Source of the DNA: Lama guanicoe
Taxonomy: Eukaryota
Assembly: GCA_013239625.1 (NCBI GenBank)
Contig: MU053304.1
Location: 1,674,001-1,738,000 of the forward strand
DNA: 64,000 nucleotides
Direction of reading: 5' to 3'
In this document: positions 27,473 to 41,468 of the stretch, piece by piece
Position numbering within the stretch: the first letter of the stretch is position 1
How the letters are laid out: each line of letters opens with the position of its first letter
Program-made: the position numbers and the translations under genes
Notes under the pieces: model-generated
The model's input: only the letters and a program-made list of their open reading frames with translations
What the model was told of the DNA's origin: nothing
Database searches by the model: none

Positions 27473-30033
27473 ATCCTTTTTAAAAAATTATTGTAGATGC
27501 CCTCCTGCCTTCCTTCATTCCCTCCTCCCCCATTGACAGTGAGTTTTCTTTTCTTGCAGAGTCCTCTTATGTAGTGGGGGGGGATGGGTTTGGTTTGGTT
27601 TTGACTTTCATACTAGGAACTTTCCTTAGATTCAGGTAGTCCTGGTTGTCTCCTCATACTCAGGGATAGGGGGACCAAAAGTCTGCCTAAGCTCAGAGCA
27701 CGTAGATGAGGTTTGACTGAGATCGACTATGTAATGCACTGGTTGGGCTATTCATTATGAAACCTCCTCCCTCATCATTTTTAGATCTTTTTCTTTGGCT
27801 GGTAAAGCTCCACAGGGCAGGCTCTGTCAGACTCCTGCCTGGAGGTGAAAGCCTCGATGCCGGAGTCGTGGGGACGCGGTGGGAGGGAGCCCGAGGAGAG
27901 AGGCGTGCTGCCCACCTTGTCTGTGTGAACTCCATCACTTCCCCCTCCCGTTTGTGGTGTGGCACACCGATTCGCAATTGTGTACATTGAGAGTTTCTTT
28001 ATTCTGTACTTTCTGAAGAATAAAGGTCTAGTGTTTGGCTGCCTCAGGAGAGGGACATTTACCCAGCTGTGCACGTGGGGGTAGGGATCTGGGGATCCGA
28101 CTGCTTCACAAACAGCCCATGAACCAACACTCAATTTTAACTCTGAAATTGTCCCCAAGGTACGTGGTACCATCAGTTCCTGAGCCTTTGTGGGATTCTG
28201 AGTGTCAGTCTAATTAGTAGTTTATCTGAGCTTTCTGCCTTCAGTCTTCTAGGCTTTCCAGTGCATTTAATGCTTGACTTTCTGCTTTTCCATCTTCTAA
28301 GATTGTGTTGTGTTGTAATATTATTCTTTCCATTCTTGTGAATTTATGGCTCAGATTCTTTTAATGCTATTTTAGTGGAGTTTCACTGGAGGACGAAAGG
28401 GAATGCATGTGTGTTCGCTCTCTGTCTTTACCCAGAAGGCAGACAGTTTTCTACATATGTGCACATATTTTTTCAAAAGTAGGAGTTCACTCTACATGAC
28501 AATAGGCATTGCATTTTGGGTGCCTGTTACAAGCTAAGCTCCATACTAGACATTTGACATACATTAAATTTCATCTTCATGATGACAATGAGGCAGTATC
28601 CACGTTTTAGATATGAAGAAATCATAGTGCTTTATCTGCTGAAGTAATTTTTAACTGGCTTCCTTAAGAAATATATAAATTATATCATTTTTACTGTACA
28701 TGGATGTGCCTTTTAGCCCATTCCTAACTAAGAGGCATTTACATTGTTTTTCTACATTTTTTAGTTGGCTACAGCTTTGTAATTCATTATTTTCTTGTTA
28801 GGTCACTGGTTAGCTTCCTTTTAAATATTGATGTATATTTTAAATTGCTCCTAGAAATACATGAATTTATACTACCACTGTCATTGTAAAAATGCCGGTT
28901 TGTTCACATCTTCATTAACTAACACTGTTCCTGAAGTTTTTATTACCATACTGATTTTTTTTTTTTTTTACCATTTCCTGTTATTGGACACTTAGCTTTT
29001 CCCTAGCTCTTTCTCATTATAATGGTTAGATGGGTATCTTTCCACATTTCTAATGTTTTTAACTCACATTGCCAAACCAGCACACAAAATTGCTGTGCAT
29101 TGACTTGGAAATAAAAACTTGGCAAAGAAAATTCCATTTGGAGTTTAGCTCACAGTCATCTGCAGACATATCTTTTATTGTTGCAGAAGGATTTTAAAAT
29201 AAACAGCTATGATCCCTTTTTATATGATAGGTTACTTTTTTATTTTGTGAATTTATTTTAGCAAAATAGCCATTGATAAAGACGTATAAACTTGAAAGTA
29301 GACATAGAACAGTGTCAAGTTATACCAGGTTCTCATGATTCTGTGCTGGCTGAAGGAATTAAGTTAGTTGTGGAAAAATAATACTCATCATTAATTCTCT
29401 TTATTGGGTCCAATTTTTTTCAGTAGCAAAACAGTCCTATTACATGATTCTAAATTGAACTCTTTTTAATGTGGTAATAATCATGTTATTTGGTGCTTTT
29501 TTTATGAAGGGCAAAGGAGTGGTTCTGAAAACCCATTGAAACAGAGTTGATACATAAATGGATACTTACTGTAATTATTTGAAGGCTCTTTGAAAAATAT
29601 AAACAAATTGGGAATTTGTGTTTTAAAGATGAATATAGTCATCTTTTGATACCTATAAATGTAAATGAATTGCAGCGATTTTTCTGGATATCTACCTTTG
29701 TTTAAAATTGGTTTGTGTACCTAATTCATAACAGTTTGTCTGTGCTCCATTTTATAGTGGAGATGTATTTATTTACTCTCTGTGGGAATATGACAAAAAC
29801 TATGTTAAAAAGATTGAGATGCCTAATATTCTAGAAAAATCAGTACTGAAACTTTTTTATTACTAAGATACTGTTCAGCCCAGGTCTTCTTTTTCCTTTT
29901 AAAACAGATTTTTGTTTTGTTTTTATTTTATTTTGGAGAGGTTTTTGGTTAGGGGTGGGGAAGGAACACTGATTTTTTTTTCCCCCTAACCTTTAGACAA
30001 GTCCTTGTTCTGTTCTTTTTTCGCTTCGAAGTT

Positions 30034-30218
30034 CAGGTCAGTAAAATACTTCTGTAAAGGGCCAGATAGTAAATATTTTAGGCTTTCCTGACCACATAAC
30101 ATATTCTTTTGTTACAACTCTAAAAATGTAAAAACCATTGTTAGCTAGTGGGCTATACAAAAGCCGGTAGCTACTCAGCAGAATTTGGTTCATAGGCCAC
30201 AGTTTGTTGACACCTACT
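30034..30218. mobile_element. MER58-like MITE
   Basis: ttctgtaaagggccagatagtaaatattttaggcttt...ggccacagtttgttgacacct. Confidence 0.75.
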
Positions 30219-30487
30219 CTAGACTAAAAACTTTAATACAGTAATGACTTGTAAGATTTGGGGTTATATGTGATGAGTATTCAGTCAGAATTAAATGAAA
30301 ATCAGCTCACATGACTGGTGAAGCCAAGAAATTGGCTAGCTTCAGGCCTGGCTGAGCCCAACAGTCATTTTACATTATGGCATGATTATGGCATCAGTTA
30401 TAAATATTTTTCTATCTATTCTTATTTTGGCTTTTCTCTGCCCTACTTCTCTGAAAAGTATAGTTCTCTTAAAGTTTAACACCAAGA

Positions 30488-30995
30488 ATGGATATAGAGA
30501 TTGTGGCACATCCCCACAAAGGAATACCACTTTGCAGTAAAAAGAAATGGACCACTATGTGCAACAGCATGAATTCATCCCCAAAGCACTGTATGATCCC
30601 ATTTATATGAAATTGCAAAGTAGGCAGTAGCAACAGAAAAGATCAATGATTGCCAGGGGCTTGAATATGGGGGAGGGGATTAACTGCAAGGGCCCTGAAG
30701 GAACTTTTTTGACTGATGGAAATGTTTTATATCTTGATTGTGGTGTTGGTTTTGTAGGTGAATACATTTGTCAAACTTACCCCCATTCACTTAAAACGAG
30801 TACATTGTATCATATAGAAGTTATTTTTTTGTTTTGTTTTGCTTTGTTTGGGGGGCAGAAGGCAGTTCGGTTTATTTATTTACTTACTTATTTTAATGGA
30901 GGTACTGGGGTTTGAAGCTGGGACCTCATGCATGCTGAGCACATGCTCTGAGCTCTACCCTCCTCCCTAGAAATTATATTTGAATGAAGTTGTTT
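30488..30995 (+). mobile_element. Old L1 (L1MC/ME-like) 3' end interrupted by a SINE
   Basis: actgtatgatcccatttatatgaaatt..tgattgccagggg..gatggaaatgttttatatcttgattgtggtg. Confidence 0.7.
30826..30968 (-). mobile_element. tRNA-derived SINE, same family as 23271-23417
   Basis: ggaggtactggggtttgaagctgggacctcatgcatgctgagcacatgctct; flanks agaagttat/agaaattat. Confidence 0.78.
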
Positions 30996-32973
30996 GAAAG
31001 AGAGTTAAACACTAAAGTCTAAAATAGGGCATGAGTAGTGAAAGTATCAAAAAGCATCAAAAAGTAGTGAAAGTATCCAAAAGTCACTTCTACAAATTAG
31101 CACTATAGCAGTAACCCACAGTCCATTAAGTTGAATGTTTTACTTTGAATGTCTCTGAATAGATGTGAAAATTTGTGCTAGTGTCTGTTGCTGTTTCATG
31201 GAATGTATAAAGATACTTAAGTATTACATGAACTAAGTAATGTTAGTGACAATAATACAAAGATTTTTAAATGTGGTTTATACGTGAAAGTACCTTATTT
31301 TTTTGCAGTTGTAATGTAATGTGCACTGTTGGTTTTTTCTTCTAAGTTGTACATTTTTTAGTCCATTCTAACTTAGTCACATAATTCAGGTAGAAAGATA
31401 AGTGTAATTTAATATTTTCTGAAATACTTAAACATTTCTGAATTTTTAAAATACTTGTGATAGTAGTAGCTGAATATATTAGGCCAGCTTCATAATCTTG
31501 TCTACATGCCAAGTTCATTGTTCAGGTGGCTGGGATGTGTATCGAGCCAGGCAAAGTTAAGTAGTATTGGATGTCAAACATAGCTTTGTGATCACATCAA
31601 ACAATTTTTGTGATATGACGTAAGAAAAATCAACCTTAAAGTAAAATTGAAATTTAAGAAACCCTTAGGCCAATTTTCTTTTCCCACTGAAGTTTCACTG
31701 TTTGATCTTTTATGCCAGTTTCAAAGTGTAGATAGTCTTTCACAAAAGTGTTTTCTGGCAGAGGTGGAAAAGACCTGAAAGATCTGGTTTAAATTTCTAA
31801 ATGGTAATACCTGTCTGAACATAGGTTTTAGGTTTTAGTCCCTGTAGTTCCTGTTATCATCTTAGTGTTTTTAATAGCTAACTTTTTACTTAGCAAGTTT
31901 TATTGTGTATAGTTTAAGTGTAGTCACAAGTTGAATGAACTGAATTTAAATAAAGAGTCTAAAAAGTCAAGAAGATGTCTAGAATCTTTTTTACCACCTC
32001 TTTCCCAGACCCGTTAGTGGTATTTTTAACAAAATCAAGAGTAAGGAATGTCTTATCTTTATACTTGTGAAATGGAAAAAATTTCAAATTTGAGAAGAAG
32101 CAGGTGATCTGGAGAATGGTTATTGTACGATTGATCTCCAAGAAAGTTGGACGTCTATATAAGATGACACCCAGGTTCTAATGGAAATATGCCCTGTTGA
32201 CCTTGGAGACCTTTCACTGCTTGGGGGGGGTGTCTTTGTTTAGATCACACCACCCCGTATGCCACCATGTGCCTAGACTAGCACTCTGATGGCTTCCCCA
32301 TTGTTCATAAAATAGCAATTAACTTTACTTAGTTGCTATACCTTTTTAGAATCTGTTTTCCTAAAGAGGTATTAGCTTCCAGAATAACATGTAAAATGTG
32401 CTTGATTGACTTTTTCCCCTTACTTATGCAGTATTCTGTAAATTGGACATTCTAATAACCTTCAGTTCAAATGTATATTCTTTGCTGATGGGATGGTGAA
32501 AGAAAAGATTTTGTTCTCTCATGGCCTTACTGATGAGCCTCATATAAAGTTGGTGAAATGAAACAGTGCAGAGATATTGCAGTAAAGTGCTAAATGAAAT
32601 ACAGTCAAGTCCTGAAATATATAGTATATATAAAAAATCTCTTTGCTTCAATTAGTGGAGAAAAGTAGTGGAGGAGTGGAGATGTGATAGGAACTTTTAA
32701 AGAGGGTGGTTTGAGAGAAGAGGGACTGTCATTCATGGTTTAAGATTGCTTGAGTCAAGGATAGGTCAGATCGAGAATATTTATCCTGAACAGGAATGCC
32801 AGGCACTGCATGAACTTCCCCAGTATGGGTAAGTGCAGTAAAAGCAACTATGGAGGTAAAGCTACAGACTGCTAGAGAGGCCATGGGAAGGTTCTGTGGA
32901 CTTTTGACCAGAAGGACGACTTGAAGAATGTTGTCTTTTTTAACTTAAGATAACTGCTCTTTTTAAAATTTAA

Positions 32974-33102
<129 letters not shown>

Positions 33103-34599
33103 TAATAATTTGGGTTTCTCCAGTTTATAATTGGTTCATTGTCTGTGTTCAGCTCTCCTCCAAATCCTTAATTTTGTAAGTCTTTAAAAGTTACTCAAAT
33201 TTTCACTGGAATATTGAGTAAAGAAATTTATTCTAATATAGCTAGTATTATTTTTGTGAATTCTTCCTCAGTGTTTAATTTTTTTTTTTTTGGCTAAGTT
33301 TTTAATCATGCTTTTTTTTGGGTGACACGTGTATCTTCTACCTTTTCCTCTGTTGCTGCATTATCTGCACAGAGTTACTGCCAAAAATTGGATGTTTGAT
33401 TGTTTTCAGAGTTCTAGTCTGCCAGATAAATCTCTAATGAACATCTTTATGCAGATTTGGGTTATTTTTTAGAGCTGGCTTAATTTCCCAGTGGTAGGAT
33501 TAATGGATCAAAAGGGAGGCCTGTTGTAATGGCTGTAATATTGCCTAATTAGCTTCTAAAAATGTTGGCACCAGTTATTGGGTTTAATGGGTAAGGGGAA
33601 GAGACATACTTAATTTTCACTTTGAGTTACAACACCTGCCCTCAAGGAAACACAGATTTTGTTTGTGTTCTTCCATGTCTCCAGTTCCCGTTTCTCCCAG
33701 TTGCTATTTTGGGGCCCATTTTCAGAAAATCATCGACCTCTGATAGATGATACAATGTATTACTTCACGTGCTTTTATTAACTGATTCAGAATCTTAGGT
33801 TAAAGTTAAAAATCTTTTTGTTTCAGTCTTATGTCAAATTTTCCAGGTTGGTCAGTTGGACTTGTGCTGCTGTTCACAGCCATATGGGACTCCCCCCTTC
33901 TTAATATGTAGTTTGCTTCTTTTATATGTAGTTTGTTCTCTACAAAATGTGCCAAAAACCAGTGATGAGGGTGAATGACTTTAGTTTGCCTTTTCCCTAC
34001 TCTAACTCAGGTCAGTAGAAAAGTTGTAGTGCTGCTTTTGATGTTTCTTTTTTTAGTGCTTCTCTGAGGTAATCAATGTTACCTCTTGGCCAGGGGGTAC
34101 AGTAGGAACATATGGAAAAGGTATGAGTTGTTGCCTGTTAAGTCATAAGAAAAGGACTCTCGCCACTTTAATCTCTACTTTTCCACGTGTTCTCTAGTTC
34201 TATCGGGATTGTTTAAAATATTGTTTAAAGTATCTGGAGTTAGTACACCTGTTGGCCTTTGGATTTTCTTGGCAATGTTTTTATGAGGACCTCTGAGAAA
34301 ATTTTAGCTCTTCAGAGATTTTATTCTGTTTTTGGCCAGATTTTGAACCCAGTTTACCCAAGGTTTATAATCTGAGTTATAAACTGAATTCACTGTGGTT
34401 GACTATTTTAAGCTGTATGTGAAGTCAGGTGATCTAGCACCCTGTCGTTCTCTGCAGCCTTCTCTCCTCCTCCCCGGACCACTGTCTTCATGCATGTGGA
34501 CTTACATGCTGTACACAAGTGGTCTAGCCTCCTGCCCGTAGGGCTCTTCATCTTAAACTTTTCTGAACTAGTTGAGATGCCCCTTAAATTTAGTGCTTT

Positions 34600-34720
34600 C
34601 ATATCCTGTCACAGCAGTGTCTTTGTCTCTCTTTAGACTGACACATCTTGAGGGCAGCATCCAGTGTTCAGCACAGTGTGCCTCACATGGTTGGTGCAAA
34701 TCAAATGTTAAATGAATGAC
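34600..34720 (+). mobile_element. L2 3' end
   Basis: tagactg..cttgagggcagc..cagcacagtgtgcctcacatgg..gttaaatgaatga. Confidence 0.6.
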
Positions 34721-34772
34721 TTAATTTGAATTTCACTAATTTGTAGCTTGGTAATTTGGGCTTGGAATGAGC

Positions 34773-34799
34773 TTTTTTTCTTCTTCATCTTCTTCTTCT

Positions 34800-34830
<31 letters not shown>
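34773..34830. repeat. (TTC)n followed by T29
   Basis: Direct reading. Confidence 0.9.
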
Positions 34831-35811
34831 CCCTTTTATCTCTGCTCTCCCTGTGAACAAAGGATTGGCTGAGTAATCCCTGCTAAGGGAGGATTTTTTT
34901 TTACTAATGGGAAAGATAAACTCTTGTAGAACTCTCCAGTAATTCAGAGCCTTCATTTACATTTACTTATGCCTACTTTTTTGTTGTTCTTTACTAGGCA
35001 GCATCTCATTTCACTGTAGTTTGACTTTAGTCTAAAATATTTCTTTGGTAGTAGGTTTCTGCACTTCCTAAGGTAATTTCGGGGACCTGCTGTTCAAACA
35101 ATATTAAGCTGTAATAATTTGGAGAAGTCGTGTGTCTCTACCCGATTTACTTACTGATTTCACTATTAAAGCTGAAAAAAAATCATCAGTAGAATATAAT
35201 TTGCTTCATGAGAAATGACTGATGATTTTTTTCCATAGCTTATATACTATGTCTCAGTCTGAAATGAGTATCTTCCCAGATGTCATCTGTATTTGTTTAT
35301 AAATATTAAATATTTAATTCTTTATTTTATAGGATGGAACTGTTGTCCATTAGTAGGATAGTAGTTTTTTGATGATTTAAAGCAATCTGGAACTTAGATG
35401 GTGGGACTTCTCCCCTATCTTCTGCTCTTCCCCCATTTTCAAGTCTCAGTCTGAAAGTCCATATATTGATCCACTGTTTACCAGGAACTAGGGATCTATT
35501 TTAAATGAACTGAATTGTGTCTGCAGAAGGAACCACTTTTCCATTTAGTTGAAGTGTTAAAAATCACTTCTGTCTGTAAGGATGACAACAGCTCATAGCA
35601 ACACAAAAGCTTGCATTGTGAATGTGATATATAGCTTAGAAGAATTTTAAATATACAAAGTCTTGGTTGTTACCCATAGTGATTTTCTGCAACAATTTTT
35701 ATGTAAAAAGAAGAAACTAGCTTTGTGCTCCATGCATTGGGGCTTTGTGCTGTGTGGACGTCGCTCCTGGTCACTGATCGTGCTGCCTGTGATGGCGTTT
35801 TTCTGTTGTAG

Positions 35812-35948
35812 TAGGCGAGGCTCTGGCCTGGGCAAAAGAGGAGCAGCTGAAGCTCGTCGACAGGAGAAGATGGCAGACCCTGAAGGCAACCAGGAGACAG
35901 TGAATTCCTCAGCTGCACGAACTGACGAAACCCCTCAAGGAGCTGCAG
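35812..35948 (+). CDS. TRIP12: 137-nt exon; [45 protein letters not shown]
   Basis: tgtag|TAGG acceptor, CAG|gtagat donor. Confidence 0.95.
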
Positions 35949-37194
35949 GTAGATTGGCACTTCTTAGGCCTAAAATGCATTTATGTATCTTACAGATTTA
36001 TTTGAGATAAATTTCTTTTTAAGTATACCAAATATAGTGGAAGAGAGAAGACAGATATAGCCTAAGATGTTAACATCAAACCTTTTATTCTCTTTTCGCT
36101 TTATAGATTTAGTTTTTTGATTAGTTGTGTTTGTTTGTTGTTGTTTAATTTTTCTCCAAATCCAAATCTGTGCTAATTGCCTTCAAGGGGCTTTAAGAAG
36201 CAGTAAGTCCCCTACTGTTTAAGTTTCTTACATGTTGATGGGTACGTGTAATAGTAACCTATTGATTGCTTGAAACATTTAAATCCATAATAAAAATGGA
36301 AGGGTATGGCTTAAATTGCTTCATACCCATATAAATTTAAGTTTAGAATGTTGTAATAATCCCTGAAAAGGAATAAGTATTCAGTTTGAATCTAAGCAGC
36401 TTTAAGAATATTGTTCATATTTTTATGGGTTCCTCATTTATATTCTTATTGATATCTTAGCACAGCAAAAATTAGCCCCCCACCCCCATATGTCTCCATT
36501 ACCAGTACTAAAAGAAGGCTAATACTCCCATGGTTGATGATGGCTAACAGGTTTTAAAATGTAGCTTGTGGTAAACATTTCTCACTAATGTTAAGAATAG
36601 ATACAAAAATGTTATAATTCATTATTATAAACATAGGAGTATGAGTCTTTTAGATCAGAATGATACACTAGCTTTAAGGATAAGCGTGTATATTCTTTGG
36701 AAAAGTTCTTTCACGTACTATAGTTAAATATTAGAATACGTGCTGGCTTTCTGTAATGCCTCTGATTAATCATATGTCCTAATTTGCCAGGAGGGTTCTG
36801 GTTTGCCTACTACTGTCCCATGTTTTACGCATTTTGTCTCAGCTTTCTGTCCAGCTTAACATTTTTACCACTGACCTTTCCTGGTTTTATATGATACATT
36901 ACATGGTGAACTGTAAGTCTTTCCCTCCCTCTCTCTTAAATTGAAGTATAGTTGATTTACAGTGTTGTGCAACGTATCTTTTGATGGTGCCTTTTCCTAG
37001 AATTGTAGATTTTTGCAAAAATAAATTGCATTGCACATGCAACTCATTGAAGCTTTTTATGACACACCACCCATGCTTCCCAGTGTTTTAATGTTTATTC
37101 CAAGTCTGAACATGAAAGTGGAGCAATTCCCACATGGATGACACTTTGAAAGGGAGCTGCTGAGTGTGTTGTCAACGTGGACTCATTGCAGTAA

Positions 37195-37395
37195 TTATAA
37201 TAGCTAACATTTAGAGAGTGTACGCTTCATTGCAGACACACTATTAAGCACTTTACATATATTCTCATTTAATATTCAGAACAACCTGCTGCGGTGTGAG
37301 TGCTGTTATCCTCATTTTACAAATGAGAAAAACTGACACATAATGGTTAAGCTTGCCAGGGTTACAAACTGAAATGTGTGGCTCTCAGGTCTTAG
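37195..37395 (-). mobile_element. MIR SINE
   Basis: aatagctaacattt..aagcactttacatatattctcatttaat..atcctcattttacaaatgagaaaaactga. Confidence 0.8.
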
Positions 37396-39714
37396 AAAAG
37401 AAGTGCACATTTACAATGGCTGTGTTGTTCTGCTCCCCTATGGTTAGTGGAGTTTGTTTAATTCATATGGATGTAATTGGAAGCCAGAGTGAGGGGGTGG
37501 TGTGTAAAATTTTGTTCCCTGGTTTATTTACCTAAGAGGCTAAAAGCTGCAAGGGATTAGATCGTAAGACTGCCCTCCTAAAGGCTTGCTTGTGTTTCAT
37601 TGTCATCCGCATTGGAAATCACAGTGTGATCTAGGTATTTTCCAAGTTTGTGTAAAAGATTCGTGTGGCATGTTCACTGGTATTAGATAAGCACTAACGT
37701 CAGTACATTTTGGAGACTGGATCCCTTGTGGGTACTGCAGGGGTTCCTCTGCTAGCCTCCTTACGTAGTTCTGGGGAAAGAGGCAGGTTACTTACTAGCT
37801 TTATATTAAGTTCTTGTGTATTGTACTTCAGTTCCTCAGTATGTAAGATTGTAATTTAAAGAAAAAGAAAACTCTCTAAGTTAGTGTAGAGTATAAATCA
37901 GTGGTAACTTAGGACATCTTTTGGCAAGTGTCCGTTCTCAGACAGCTCTTGTCTGGTTGGTATAAGACTCACTTCATTTGAAACATTTGAAACAGTATTT
38001 TTACTGATTCAAAGTGATTAATCTTTTCGGTGTTATTTATATATTCATTTTTTTCAGTGTTATTTTTAAAGATCATTTCTTCCTGACCTATTTCAGTGGA
38101 ATCTTTAATATAAGTATTTTTTCTCATGCATTGCCCCATCTTCGGAATAGTTGCTTATATCACTCTGACTTTGTCAGTGTTTTTGACACTTAGGAAAGTT
38201 TGTTGATAATGGTGTCACTCTGAAGTAGACTGTGACATGGAGTGCACCCCCTCTAGCTCTTCACAAAAGAAATGTTAGTTCTTGAAATAGAAAGTTAAGT
38301 GTTCCCCACATTGTCCCAAGAGCTGAAGGGTTTCGTTTTGGACTCCATGAGAACTTTATAGTGCTGATAAAGTCTTGCAAATACTAGTGGGGGAGTCAAG
38401 TGTTCTTATTTAAATCTGGAAATCAAAGTAAGGGAAAATGTTTGACACCTGCATTTTGCATTGAGAATCTTAATTTCAGAAGAAACAAACAGGGTCAGAT
38501 TGTAAAAAGAAAGCAACCCAGTTTTGAAAATGTTTCTCTTCCTAATTATTTTTGTTTAGTACCAATGAAAGTTAGACTGCTGCCATAGCACCTGATGCCA
38601 AGGCGTAATTGTATCCTGAACAGCCACGCTTCTGGCCTTGCTCAAAGGTTTTTGTGACACTAAAAAGGCCTGTCTGTTGCCTCTCATGCTTAGGTATCTG
38701 GTAAACCCTTAGCAGTTCTGTCGGCTTTAACTGAGTATTGGAAGCTACCTTACATGGTGCTGTGAAGATCTGCTAAGACGACATGGAGAGATACCAGTAT
38801 AAACAAAAAAACGATGGACACTTCTTAACATCTGACATTGTTGGATTTTCTCTGCTTGATAGTCTCACTTTTATATTTCTGCCTGGGGACAGATCTTGTG
38901 TGTGTTGCCCGAGGTTTAATGCCTTGACTGAAGAACTTTGTCATTAACTCTTATTGGTGGGTTACGTTTCCTTACCTGCATGAGTTTGCAAACAGGCTAG
39001 GCTACTTTGGTTTATCGAATATTGTAAAACTTAGATGCAGAGAGCTACAGTAGGCAGATGCTTAATACTTGCCGTCAAAGGGATGGCAGCCGGAAGGGAT
39101 CTTTTTCTTGGGTCCAGTGACTGACTTATGTCAAAACAGACACTCTTTTGGAGTAAAAATCAGAATGTCCCCTCTCTTTGTAGAGGGTCTGTGGCTCCCG
39201 TTAAGGTTGGGACCACAGTATAAAAGTTTCAACAGCTCTTTTGATATCTGTGCTTTTACAACTTTTATGCCTTAGTTAATGTCTTTGTGGCAGTGCAATT
39301 TGAGACAGTTATTATTCATTAAGTTAATTGTTAGAATAATACATTTAAAAAATAACATAACGTTAAACCTTTAAAATCATAGATTGCAGATCTGTAGAAT
39401 GGTTTAAGGTAAAATCAGTAGGTCCTCTGATAAACTTCAAAAAACCAGCATTACCTTCCATGAACTTGTGGTCTTTTCCCTTAAAAAATGTGTGGTTCTA
39501 GAGTGTACCTTAAAAAAAAAATTTCATTTCTTAAAATGTTGGATTTGCTTTTCACATAATTGGAAAAGTTTCACAGCAAGTTTAAGAGCCACTTTACTAA
39601 GTTCAGTCCTAAATGGGGCCCAATAGCAGCATTGGTTGACAAGATTTCTGTATAATGTGAAGACGCAGCTCTACTTGAATTAAAAATTAGTACTGAAGAA
39701 TGTATTTAAGATGC

Positions 39715-39865
39715 TGATAGTGTACAGTTCGTAAGAGTACACCCTATGAAGTTGGACTGCCTGAGTTCAAATCCCACATCCCTCATTATTTGTCTGGCCT
39801 TGGGCAAGTACACCTAAACTCAAAGCCTTGGTTTCCTTGTGTGCATGGTAAAAACTCATAATACT
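39715..39865 (+). mobile_element. MIR SINE
   Basis: gactgcctgagttcaaatccc..ccttgggcaagt..ccttggtttcctt. Confidence 0.7.
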
Positions 39866-40055
39866 TTGTGTGGTTGGAAAGAAACCCATGGATACACTCT
39901 TCCATATAGTTAACTTTTAGTAAATGCCTCCTGTAAGGAGCATTAGGGAATACATTACTGGTTGTCTCCTTTTTTCCCCCACTGGAAGTGTGGATTTTGC
40001 TGAACTCTGATACTCTTTAATATTAGCATTTCTAGTTAGCCTGTAGCTCTGAACC

Positions 40056-40270
40056 ATGGGGCTGCCAACATTTTCTGTAAAGGGACAGATAATTGATATT
40101 TTAGGCTACAGACAGGCTCTATTGGAACTACTCAGCTCTGGTTGTAGCAGAAAAGGAGCCACAGATGATATGTAGATGAATGAGTCTGGCTATGTTTTAA
40201 TAAAATTTTATGTACAAAGTGATGTGCTGGACTAGAATTGGCCTTTGGGCCACAGTTTGCTGATTCATGT
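40056..40270. mobile_element. MER58-like MITE
   Basis: ttttctgtaaagggacagata..actactcagctctg..gggccacagtttgctga. Confidence 0.75.
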
Positions 40271-41384
40271 TCTAAACCATACATTTTTTCCTTGAGTTTT
40301 AAAAAAAAAAATCCCAGTGAAATGATATAATACTTAAATGAGAGGTTAAGAAAAGCATTAAAAAAAACAGAGTTGGTGGCTGGTATACTGCCATCTCTTT
40401 CTTCAGAAAAACTCTTTAAATTCACATGTTATCCATGTGCCTCTTTTAATAATGACAAAAATATTCTTCCTGGCTTGAACTCTGACATTATCTGTCAAGT
40501 AGACAGGGCTTAAAGTATTGTGGATGATGTGGTCATACATAGATTACTCATCTGTGTACAAAAGATGCTTTAGGACTCAACAGACAGTGGGAGGAGGGGA
40601 CAGTGAAACTGCTAATTTTATAGGAGTATATTTACATCTCTTGGTCAGATTCGTAATAGAATCAATCTCTATTTACTTAAACTGAATTATTGGTTAGGTT
40701 AGCATTTTGGGGGGTGGTAGAATGCTTCTGAATCTGAACTCTGCATTTTATACTTGTTTTGACATCTGAGTTGCCCTCTCTTTTGTACTTCAATGTTTTG
40801 CGATCATCTGGTAGTTGTAATGTGTATCTTCGATGTTTTGTCCTGGAAATAAGAGAGCATGATCTTTACACTCTATTGAAATGAAAGAAAACAGATGATA
40901 AACAATTGTCTCAAAACCGTAGTTCAGAAATGAAGCAGACTGAAGAAAGCACACATCTATCTACATGGAACATTTTCCCCAAATGTCAGTTTTGCTTTCT
41001 GTTATGTTTGTGACTAATGACCCATCTATTAAATATCACAGTGGTTTTAGCAGTGTTATCGTTTTGCACTTTCGGTAGAGAAGTTCAGGATAAAACAATT
41101 GAGGAACAGTTTCAAAGACAGGAGGAAACTGTGAAAGCCATGTATGAATGAAATGAAATGCAAAAGTTGTATTTTTATGCTTGTTTCTCACATAGTTGAG
41201 CAATCTTTTTTTCATGAAAGCCACAGGGTGATGTTTAAAATAACAACTGAGTGCAGTGGACAGACATGTTTAATTATCTTTATTCATTGTTAATCTGTAA
41301 AACTCTGCTTTTTCTTTTTTAAGATAAACCAGACATAATGAGTTTAAATGTTCCTCTCCAACCCCTCCCCCCCTCCTTTTGAAG

Positions 41385-41468
41385 CCTCTAGTTCTGTTGC
41401 AGGGGCTGTGGGCATGACCACCTCTGGGGAGAGTGAATCAGATGATTCTGAGATGGGACGATTACAAG
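41385..41468 (+). CDS. TRIP12: 84-nt exon (66 nt from alternative acceptor 41403); (A)[27 protein letters not shown]
   Basis: C/T tract then tgaag|CC; second in-frame gcag|GG; donor AAG|gtaaag. Confidence 0.93.

Noticed and set aside
34708..34956. Poly-Lys ORF on the minus strand
   Set aside because: Translation of the (TTC)n/T29 microsatellite
35663..35811. In-frame open extension upstream of exon 35812
   Set aside because: Intronic read-through with a non-ATG start; I found no convincing in-frame upstream acceptor
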